Position numbers and translations under genes: made by a program. The notes beneath the pieces are model-generated. The model was not told the origin of the DNA, ran no database searches, and saw nothing but the letters and a program-made list of their open reading frames with translations. From contig JBGANV010000002.1 of NCBI GenBank assembly GCA_044222185.1, positions 282,061 through 346,060 on the forward strand: 64,000 nucleotides of DNA, read 5' to 3'. Below are positions 38,816 to 48,494 of this stretch, in pieces; the first letter of the stretch is position 1; every line of letters begins with the position of its first letter. Source of the DNA: Planctomycetota bacterium. Its GTDB lineage: Bacteria > Planctomycetota > GCA-002687715 > CAIWVZ01.

Positions 38816-40384
38816 TCATCGCGTCGCCCGAGCCCGGGACTTCCCGCCCTTCAACCCCAAGGCGCGCAGCTTCGATTCGAGCGTCGTCGGGCGAAGCCCC
38901 AGGAGCTCCGCGGCGCCGCCGGCCCCCGAGACCTTCCCGCCCGCCCGCTCGAGCGCGGCGGCGATGACGTCCCGTTCGCGTCGCTTCAGATCGGCCAGCG
39001 TCGTCGCGTCCGGTGCATCGCCCTCGGACTGACCCGCGCCCGGCGTCACCACCGTCGACGCGGGCGTCACCAACTCGGGGACGTGCAAGGTTCCCCGCGG
39101 CGACAGGATCACGGCACGCTCGACGACGTGCTGAAGCTCGCGGACGTTGCCCGGCCAGTGGTACTCCTGAAGCGTCCGAACGGCTGCGTTGGTGATGCGA
39201 GGCGCCGCCACTCCCAGTCGCTTCGCGGCGTTCGCCACGAAGTGCGCGGCCAGATCGGGGATGTCCTCGCGTCGCATGCGGAGCGGCGGAACCTCCACGG
39301 GGAACACGGACAACCGATAGAACAGGTCCGGCCGAAATCGCCCCTCGGTGGCTTCCCTGGACAGGTCCCGGTTCGTCGCCGCGATCACGCGGACATCCGT
39401 CTTGCGAGTGCGACCTTCGCCCACGCGCTCGAACGTCCCCTCCTGCAGGACCCGAAGGAGCTTGGGCTGCTGCGCCAGCGGGATCTCGCCCACCTCGTCG
39501 AGGAAGAGCGTGCCGCCGTCGGCGATTTCGAAGCGGCCGGCGCGATCGCGCAGCGCACCGGTGAAGGCTCCGCGCTGGTGCCCGAAGAACTCGCTCTCGA
39601 ACAGCTCGGCGGGAATCGCCGCGCAGTTCACTTTCACGAGGGGACGTTCGCGACGGCGGCTGCGGTCGTGGATCGCACGCGCGACGAGTTCCTTCCCCAC
39701 GCCGGACTCCCCAAGGACGAGGACGTTGGCGTCCGTCGGAGCCACCATCTCGATCTGGCGCAGCACTTTGTCCAACGCGGGGGAACGGCCCAGGATGTCG
39801 CCGAACGGCGCCGTGATCTCCTCGCGCAGATAGGTGTTGTCCTGCTCGAGCCGCGCGCGGAGGCGGTCGATCTCCTCGAAGGCGCGGGCATTCGAGATCG
39901 CCACGGCCGCGTGGTCGGCGAACGTGCGGAGCCAGGCGAAGTCGTCCGTCGTGATCGGTGAGCGGTCGAAGAACGCGAGGACACCGAGCACCTCGCCTCG
40001 AAACACCAGGGGCTGGGCGGCGAAGGACACCACCGACTCGGCCCGCACCCACTCGGGGTTGCAGATCCACGCGTCGTCGAGCGTGAGGTCGGCGAGCAGC
40101 ACACCCTCACCGCTCGCGGCGACGCGTCCGATCTTGCGATCACCGAGCTGGAACCGTGAGAAGTGCCCGTCGAGCCTGCGCGGGTCCGCACCCGGGCTCC
40201 GAAGCCGTCCCGCGCTCGCCGCCAGTTGGAGCCACTGCTGTCGCCCACGGTCGTCGTCGCGGGACTCCACAAGCCAGATCCGGGCGAGGGCCACGTTCGG
40301 GCAGTGGGCGACGCTCTCGACGATCTCCCCCAAGACGTCCTTGGTGGCGCGGGCGGCCGTGATGGCGAGCATCACGTTCTGCAT
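38816..40384 (-). CDS. Sigma-54-dependent enhancer-binding protein with an N-terminal GAF sensor domain (GAF-AAA+-HTH)
   Basis: Walker A GESGVGKE, the GAFTGA sigma-54 contact loop (FGHQRGAFTGA), the AAA+ sensor-2 region, and a C-terminal Fis-type HTH. The N-terminal ~170 aa is GAF-like. The start was taken at ATG 40384; the ORF-track extension to 40738 is rejected. Confidence 0.8.
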   Translation of the reverse strand: MQNVMLAITAARATKDVLGEIVESVAHCPNVALARIWLVESRDDDRGRQQWLQLAASAGRLRSPGADPRRLDGHFSRFQLGDRKIGRVAASGEGVLLADLTLDDAWICNPEWVRAESVVSFAAQPLVFRGEVLGVLAFFDRSPITTDDFAWLRTFADHAAVAISNARAFEEIDRLRARLEQDNTYLREEITAPFGDILGRSPALDKVLRQIEMVAPTDANVLVLGESGVGKELVARAIHDRSRRRERPLVKVNCAAIPAELFESEFFGHQRGAFTGALRDRAGRFEIADGGTLFLDEVGEIPLAQQPKLLRVLQEGTFERVGEGRTRKTDVRVIAATNRDLSREATEGRFRPDLFYRLSVFPVEVPPLRMRREDIPDLAAHFVANAAKRLGVAAPRITNAAVRTLQEYHWPGNVRELQHVVERAVILSPRGTLHVPELVTPASTVVTPGAGQSEGDAPDATTLADLKRRERDVIAAALERAGGKVSGAGGAAELLGLRPTTLESKLRALGLKGGKSRARATR

Positions 40385-40418
40385 GGCGGCGAGGTTCACG
40401 GGGCGCAGATTGACGGAG

Positions 40419-40470
40419 TTTCGTGAATCCCCCAACGAAGATTCGTGAATCACGAGATCTCGTGAAGGCA
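40419..40470. promoter_or_regulatory. Candidate enhancer (UAS): three TCGTGAA half-sites arranged as overlapping palindromes
   Basis: ttcgtgaatc at 40420; tcgtgaatcacga (TCGTG-AAT-CACGA) at 40443-40455; cacgagatctcgtg at 40451-40464. These lie 70-130 bp upstream of the -24/-12 element and in the upstream region of the divergent EBP gene itself. Confidence 0.4.
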
Positions 40471-40535
40471 CGCCGAAGCCTTCGAACGACGTAAGTGAAT
40501 GCAATCCAAGGATTTGATGAGTGTCAGGTGTTCCG

Positions 40536-40552
40536 GCACGAGGACTGCAAAG
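40536..40552 (+). promoter_or_regulatory. Sigma-54 (-24/-12) promoter: cGGCACGaggacTGCAa
   Basis: GG at 40537-38 and GC at 40549-50 have the canonical GG-N10-GC spacing. The sequence matches the TGGCACG-N4-TTGCA consensus at 10 of 12 positions. The AhpD-like gene's ribosome-binding site and ATG (40618) lie about 55 nt downstream. Confidence 0.5.
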
Positions 40553-40617
40553 AGGGGGTGGAGGTCGCCCCGATCCGGGGCGGCCGCGAAGTGAACTCAT
40601 CGACAAGGGAGACGACC

Positions 40618-41175
40618 ATGTCACGCATCCAGATCCTCGATCCGAAGACCAGCCAGGGCCGCGCGAAGGAACTCCTCGATGCCGTCCAGAAGAAGCTGGG
40701 GGTGACCCCGAACATGATGCGCGCGCTCGCCAACTCACCGGCGGCGCTCCAGGCGTACCTGGACTTCGGCGGCGCGCTCGCCGGCGGAGCGTTGTCGACG
40801 AAGGTGCGGGAGCAGATCGCGCTCACCATCGGCGAGATCAACTCCTGCGGGTACTGCCTCTCGGCCCACACGCTGCTGGGCGGCAAGGCCGGGTTGACGC
40901 CCGAACAGGTCCTCGCGGCGCGCCGAGCGACCGCCGATGACCCCAAGGCGAACGCCATCCTGCACCTCGCGAAGGAGATCGCGCTCCGCCGCGGCGAATT
41001 GCGCGATCAGGATCTGCGGGCGGCGCGTGACGCGGGCGTCACCGACGGCGAGATCGCCGAGGTCGTCGGGGCTGTCGCGCTCAACATCTTCACGAACTAC
41101 TTCAATGCGGTCGCCGTCCCGCCCATCGACTTCCCCGAAGTGAAGCCCGGCGTCGCCGCGGCCGCCCACGCTTGA
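40618..41175 (+). CDS. AhpD-like (carboxymuconolactone decarboxylase family) protein, a two-domain paralog
   Basis: GGGAG ribosome-binding site, then MSRIQILDPKTSQG. The AhpD core motif is CGYCLSAH. The protein is 185 aa. Confidence 0.7.
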   Translation: MSRIQILDPKTSQGRAKELLDAVQKKLGVTPNMMRALANSPAALQAYLDFGGALAGGALSTKVREQIALTIGEINSCGYCLSAHTLLGGKAGLTPEQVLAARRATADDPKANAILHLAKEIALRRGELRDQDLRAARDAGVTDGEIAEVVGAVALNIFTNYFNAVAVPPIDFPEVKPGVAAAAHA

Positions 41176-41189
41176 CATCCTCGCGCCGC

Positions 41190-41690
41190 CGAAACGCCAG
41201 GATCCCCGATCTCATTAACGGGGAGCGCCAGGATCCCCGATCTCATTAACGGGGAGCGCCAGGATCCCCGAGTCCGACGAGGGGTCCTGGCCGGTTGGCG
41301 AGACCTCCGGGCTCGCCTGATCTTCAACACCCCTCCAACCCGCCAACGGCCCCCCCGCTCGCATCATCGCGTGCGAACGTCGCTGCGACCTCCCGGCAGG
41401 GCAGGAGCCCTGCCATCCAGCCGCGTGAAACGCGGCGCTCCGGAACGCCAGGATCCCCGATCTCATTCACGGGGAGCGCCAGGATCCCCGAGTCCGACGA
41501 GGGGTCCTGGCCGGTTGGCGAGACCTCCGGGCTCGCCTGATCTTCAACACCCCGCCAATCCGCCCACGGCCCCGCCGCGCTCGCATCACCGCATGCGAAC
41601 GTCGCTGCGACCTCCCGGCAGGGCAGGAGCCCTGCCATCCGGCCGCGTGAAACGCGGCGTTCCGGAATCGCCGCGCGCGTCGCGGGCGCT
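41190..41690. repeat. Intergenic repeat: a 31-bp unit x2, then about 2.2 copies of a 221-bp hairpin-rich unit sharing modules with the 177-bp family
   Basis: cgccaggatccccgatctcattaacggggag is repeated. The 221-bp units begin at about 41253 and 41474 and contain ccaggatccccgagtccgacgaggggtcctgg, ccggttggcgagacctccgggctcgcc, ggcagggcaggagccctgcc and cgcgtgaaacgcggcg. Confidence 0.8.
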
Positions 41691-41763
41691 GACTATGATG
41701 GCGGTCCATTTCGCCGCGCCAGCTCGCTCAGGAACTGCGGGTCGGCACGTCGCTGGAGGCCCC

Positions 41764-44700
41764 ATGAAGACGACGTCCATCGCATGCACGGCACTGCTCG
41801 CCCTGGTCACCCTCGCGCCCACCTTCGGGCAGGGACCCCGGCCACTGACGCATGACGACTACGAGCAATGGAAGTCGTTGCGCGGCACGTCCTACAGCCT
41901 GGACGGCAAGTGGGTCGCCTACCAGATCGAGCCCCAGTGGGGTGATGGCGTACTCGAGATCCGCCAGACCGACGGCGACGTCGTCTATCACCACCCCCTC
42001 GGGTCCGGTGCTCGCTTCTCCAACGACGACCGCTACGTCGTCTTCACCATCAACAAGTCGAAGGTCGAGGAGCGCAAGAAGAAGATCGACGACCTCGTGA
42101 AGAAGGCCGAAGGCGCGGAGAAGAAGGAGGGGTCGACCGAGACCTCGAACGAGCCCGGTGGAGGCGGCGCGGCGCGGCCTGCGGGCGCACCGGCAGGGCT
42201 CGCGGGTCGCGGCCCGTTCGGCGGCGGCCGTCGCGGCGGCGCTGGCGGCCCCGGCGGTGCGCCTGGCGCACCAGCGGGCGATGAGGCGTCTCGCGATCGC
42301 GGCGACCTGGGAATCATGGACCTCTCGACCGGGAAGGTGGAGATCATCCCGAAGGTGAAGGGGTTCGCGCTCCCCGAAGAGTTCGCCGTCCTCGTCTATC
42401 ACCTGGACAAGCCCGAGCCGCCGAAGGATGACGCGTCCGCCGACAGCCGGCCGGGCGCGGACAGCCGTCGTGCCGAGTCGAGGCCGGAGGAGGGTGCAAG
42501 CGCCGAGTCGCGCGGCCCCGAGTCGCGCCCCGAGGGCGGTCGCTTCGCCGGTGGGCGCCGGGGCGGCCGGCGCGGACCGGGCGCACCCGGCGGCGCGGGT
42601 CCCGGCACCGCGAGTGCTCCGACGAGTCGCCCCGAATCCCGCCCCGAAGATCCAATGGAGAAGAAGCGGCAGGACGGATCCGTGCTCGTGATCCGCGACC
42701 TCGCCACCGGCGTGGAGCGCAAATTCGAGGACGTCGTCAACTACGGCCTCACACGCAAGGCCACGTGGCTTTGGTGGAACACCTCCGCCAAGAAGCCTGA
42801 CGCGAAGAAGACCTACGGCCTCTTCGCCGTGAAGCTCACCGGTGGCGACGTGCGCACGCTCGTCGACGGCTTCGCGGACTTCGGCAACATGACGTCGGAT
42901 CGCGAGGGGTCGGTTCTGGCGTTCACCAGCAACAAGAACGACTTCGCCGCGGAGAAACCGCGGAGCGACATCTGGATCTGGAACTGCGACGATCGGCCGG
43001 CCGAGCGGATCGTCCATCCGGAAACCCCCGGCATGCCGAAGACGAAGGTCCCGGGCGGCGGGCTCGGCTTCTGCCGCGACGGCAGCGTTCTCGCGTTCTC
43101 CGTGCAGGATCTGCCGGAGCCGGACGCGACGCCGATCCTGCCGGACGAGAAAGTCGTCCTCGACATCTGGCACTGGAACGACGGGCAGTTGCAGACCGCC
43201 CAGGCGAAACGCACGGGACGCCGCAACAGCAACTGGACGGCCGTCTGGCATCGCGCCGAACGACGTCTGCAGGTGCTTGGTGACGCGACGGTCGAGAGCG
43301 TCCGCTTCCTCACGCGCGACGGATCGCGAGGCCTCGCGACCGACGACACGCCCTACGAGAAGCTCTCGACCTGGGACACCCGCTATTCGGACGTCTACGT
43401 CGTCAACACGCTCGACGGGTCGCGGACGAAGGTCCTCGAGAAGCTCCGTGGCACGGTGAGCAACTCCCCCGAGGGCCGCTACCTCGTGTGGTTCGGGACC
43501 GACTACCACTGGTGGTCGCTGGACGTCGCAACGCTCCAGAAGCGCGATCTCACCGGCTCGCTGCCCGTGGCGTTCCAACAGACGGATGACGACCATCCCG
43601 CGGCCGATCCCGCGTGGGGGATCGCGGGATGGACCGAGCACGACGCCGAGATCGTGTTGAACGACCAATTCGATCTTTGGCGCGTATCGCCGGCCACCGG
43701 CACCTCGGCCTGCGTCACGGATGGCTACGGCCGCGCCGAGACGACGCGCCTGCGACTCGAGATCCTCGACCGCGAGCAGGAGCACCTCCCGACCGAGCTG
43801 CTGCTCTCCGCCGTGAACACCGAAACGATGGCCGAAGGCTATTTCACCGACTCGCTGACGGAGCCGCGCAAGCCCCTCCGCCTCGTGAACGTCGACAAGA
43901 ACTTCGGTGGACTCACCAAGCCGAAGAAGACGGATCGGCTGTTCTTCACGCTTTCCACCTTCGCCGACTTCCCCGACCTGTGGACCGCGCAACACGACTT
44001 CACGGGGATGAAGAAGCTGTCGGCTGCGAACCCTCAGCAGGCGAACTACCGCTGGGGCAAGGCCGAGCTCGTGCGATGGATCAACGGCGACGGCAAGACG
44101 CTGAAGGGCGTGCTCGTCAAGCCTGACGGATTCGATCCCGCGAAGAAGTACCCGATGATGGTCTACTTCTACGAGCGGATGTCCCAGAGCCTGCACGAGT
44201 ACGTCGCGCCTTCGCCGGGCACGTCGCCGATCGCGTCGTACTACGTCAGCAACGGCTATCTCTGGTTCATGCCCGACATCGTCTACGAGGTGGGCTACCC
44301 CGGTGAATCGTGCGTGAAATGTGTCGTCTCCGGAGTGGAGTCGCTCATCGCCAAAGGGTTCGTGGACGAGAAGGCCATCGGCGCGGCAGGACACAGCTGG
44401 GGCGGATACCAGACGGCATTCCTCGTCACGCGCACGAACATCTTCGCGGCCGTCGAATCCGGGGCCCCAGTCTCCAACATGATCTCGGCCTATGGCGGGA
44501 TCCGCTACGAGACGGGCATCTCGCGTCAGTTCCAATACGAGAAGGATCAATCGCGCATCGGCGGAACGCCGTGGCAGTACCCGATGCGCTATTGGGAGAA
44601 CTCGCCGATCTTCTTCGCGGACAAGGTGAAGACTCCCGTGCTGATCCTCCACAACGACGCGGATGGTGCGGTGCCGTGGACGAATGGCATCGAGTACTTC

Positions 44701-45009
44701 ACAGCCCTGCGTCGACTCGAGAAGGAAGCCTACTTGTTCAATTACTCGGGCGAGGGCCACGGCCTGTCGAAGGTCCCCAACAAGAAGGACTGGACGCGCC
44801 GCATGTCCGAGTACTTCGGCTATCACCTGAAGCACGAGGCCATGCCCGCGTGGATGGCGAACGGCGTCCCCTATGCGGAGCGTGACAAGGAGAAACTCCC
44901 GCACACTCCGAGCTACGTCGAAGTGACCGCCCGCCGCGCGGAGAGTCGCGCGTCGGCGACGCCCAAGCCCGTCGCCGTCGACGCATCCCAGGCGAAGTCG
45001 GGGCAGTGA
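41764..45009 (+). CDS. Secreted S9 family serine peptidase (prolyl oligopeptidase/DPP-like beta-propeller plus alpha/beta hydrolase) with a ~170-aa low-complexity G/P/R/E-rich insertion
   Basis: GGAGG ribosome-binding site, then MKTTSIACTALLALVTLAPTFGQG. The catalytic Ser lies in GHSWGGYQT, with Asp/His in HNDADGAVPW...GEGHGL. The low-complexity insert spans about nt 42100-42650. The ORF-track extension to 41371 runs into the repeat and is rejected. Confidence 0.75.
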   Translation: MKTTSIACTALLALVTLAPTFGQGPRPLTHDDYEQWKSLRGTSYSLDGKWVAYQIEPQWGDGVLEIRQTDGDVVYHHPLGSGARFSNDDRYVVFTINKSKVEERKKKIDDLVKKAEGAEKKEGSTETSNEPGGGGAARPAGAPAGLAGRGPFGGGRRGGAGGPGGAPGAPAGDEASRDRGDLGIMDLSTGKVEIIPKVKGFALPEEFAVLVYHLDKPEPPKDDASADSRPGADSRRAESRPEEGASAESRGPESRPEGGRFAGGRRGGRRGPGAPGGAGPGTASAPTSRPESRPEDPMEKKRQDGSVLVIRDLATGVERKFEDVVNYGLTRKATWLWWNTSAKKPDAKKTYGLFAVKLTGGDVRTLVDGFADFGNMTSDREGSVLAFTSNKNDFAAEKPRSDIWIWNCDDRPAERIVHPETPGMPKTKVPGGGLGFCRDGSVLAFSVQDLPEPDATPILPDEKVVLDIWHWNDGQLQTAQAKRTGRRNSNWTAVWHRAERRLQVLGDATVESVRFLTRDGSRGLATDDTPYEKLSTWDTRYSDVYVVNTLDGSRTKVLEKLRGTVSNSPEGRYLVWFGTDYHWWSLDVATLQKRDLTGSLPVAFQQTDDDHPAADPAWGIAGWTEHDAEIVLNDQFDLWRVSPATGTSACVTDGYGRAETTRLRLEILDREQEHLPTELLLSAVNTETMAEGYFTDSLTEPRKPLRLVNVDKNFGGLTKPKKTDRLFFTLSTFADFPDLWTAQHDFTGMKKLSAANPQQANYRWGKAELVRWINGDGKTLKGVLVKPDGFDPAKKYPMMVYFYERMSQSLHEYVAPSPGTSPIASYYVSNGYLWFMPDIVYEVGYPGESCVKCVVSGVESLIAKGFVDEKAIGAAGHSWGGYQTAFLVTRTNIFAAVESGAPVSNMISAYGGIRYETGISRQFQYEKDQSRIGGTPWQYPMRYWENSPIFFADKVKTPVLILHNDADGAVPWTNGIEYFTALRRLEKEAYLFNYSGEGHGLSKVPNKKDWTRRMSEYFGYHLKHEAMPAWMANGVPYAERDKEKLPHTPSYVEVTARRAESRASATPKPVAVDASQAKSGQ

Positions 45010-45119
45010 TCTCGAACGCGAATGCGCTTCCGACCGACGATGGCATTGGCGGGCGTGCCGCGGCTGAGCGAGCCGCGCGCCCCCGCCAGCGTTGGAGCCT
45101 GGCGCGTCGCATCGTCGTG

Positions 45120-46358
45120 ATGCTCGCGTCGTGCGCGACAGTCCTCGCGCAGTACACGATCTCGTCCGTGACGTCGTCGCCGTCGTGCGGCACGGCTCCG
45201 TTGACGGTCAACGTGACCGTGACGACGGTGCCGGCCGTGGGTGCGACCTACATGCTGAATTTCGGTGACGGGGCCACGGGGTATGGAATCTCCGGCACTG
45301 GCGCCACGTCTCACACGTACACCACTCCGGGCGTCTACCAGCCGTCGTGCTTCGTGTTCGCCTGCGCGCCGTTGATCTCGTGCTTCATCACGGGGAGCCC
45401 GGTCGTCGTCGACGCCCCTGGATTCCTCTCGTCCGTCGTTCCTCCGGCAGGGCCGTCCTCGGGCGGGACGACGGTCACGCTGAATCTGGCTGGCAACCTC
45501 AACGGCACCAGCGTCACGGGCGTCTACTTCGGTGGCGTTCCCGCCTCCAACGTCGCGGTGTCCAGCCCGAACACGATCAGCTGCACCACGCCGGCGATCA
45601 CCACATCGGTGCCCATCGCACCGCCGATCCTCATCGCGCTCGGCGGCACGAACTGCCCGCCGCTCGTCGGCTCCGGGTTGTTCACGTTCGACCCGGGCCT
45701 CGCCATCGCCGCGGCCCTTCCATCGAATCTCGTTCCCTTCGTGTCTACCTACACCCTGCTCGGGAGCGGCTTCGTTCCGGGGCCGATCGGCACATGGGCG
45801 AATGGGATCCCCGTCGCCGCGCTGCCTGGCCCCATGATCGCCGGCTTCGACACGCTCTCGGTCACGCTCCCGGCGACGGTGACGCAGTCCGGTGCGTCCG
45901 TGATCCTGGAACTGACGCAGCCGGCGCCGCCGAGCCAGTCGCGCCCATTCGCACTTCACGTATCCGGATTCGACAACGCGGGAATCGTGACGATCTCGCC
46001 GCTGGGCTTCGGGCCCGGATCCACCGCCACGACCCGTGTCACTGGCCTCGACGCCGGAACCCCCGTGCTGCTCGCCCTCGACTCGACGCCGCCGTCCGTC
46101 GTGACGACGATCGGCGCACCCGCGAGTCACTTCGCCCTGGAACTCGGAAGCCCCTGGGTCACCCCGCTCATCGACGGGATCGGCGCGTTCGGAAGCGCGT
46201 GGCCGCCCGGAGTCGCCAGCAGCCTCGGCGAGTTGACGTTCGTGCATGCGCTTCCAACTCCACCGTTTGGATGGAGCGCCAAGCTGCAAAGCGCGTGGCT
46301 CAGTCCGTCGGCGCCGCTTGGCTACCGACTGACCTGGGCGTTTCCGGCGAACCTGTGA
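45120..46358 (+). CDS. Secreted protein with an N-terminal PKD-like domain and IPT/TIG-like Ig-fold domains
   Basis: The PKD-like domain is SPSCGTAPLTVNVTVTT...YMLNFGDGATG...SHTYTTPGVYQPS. The IPT/TIG-like region is SVVPPAGPSSGGTTVTLNLAGNL...GVYFGGVPASNVAVSSPNTISCTTPA. The start is uncertain: the ATG at 45120 gives a short signal MLASCATVLAQ, and the ORF track begins at a GTG at 45006. Confidence 0.5.
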   Translation: MLASCATVLAQYTISSVTSSPSCGTAPLTVNVTVTTVPAVGATYMLNFGDGATGYGISGTGATSHTYTTPGVYQPSCFVFACAPLISCFITGSPVVVDAPGFLSSVVPPAGPSSGGTTVTLNLAGNLNGTSVTGVYFGGVPASNVAVSSPNTISCTTPAITTSVPIAPPILIALGGTNCPPLVGSGLFTFDPGLAIAAALPSNLVPFVSTYTLLGSGFVPGPIGTWANGIPVAALPGPMIAGFDTLSVTLPATVTQSGASVILELTQPAPPSQSRPFALHVSGFDNAGIVTISPLGFGPGSTATTRVTGLDAGTPVLLALDSTPPSVVTTIGAPASHFALELGSPWVTPLIDGIGAFGSAWPPGVASSLGELTFVHALPTPPFGWSAKLQSAWLSPSAPLGYRLTWAFPANL

Positions 46359-46382
46359 ACCGGTTCGACCTGGGTGAGCTGG

Positions 46383-48290
<1,908 letters not shown>

Positions 48291-48494
48291 GCACGAGCTT
48301 CAGCAGGCGCGGGACCCGCCAGGGGGCCCGCTTGCGACGCAAAGGGGAAGTGCGTCTCAACGCCACGAAGGCTGATTTCCGGGTCGCAAGCCTACGGAGC
48401 GGACGCTTGCGTGTCGATGGCTCATCCGGAACGACGCCAGGTTGTTGCGGCCGAGCTGGTGCCAGACGCTCCGCGATCGAATAAACTCGAAACC

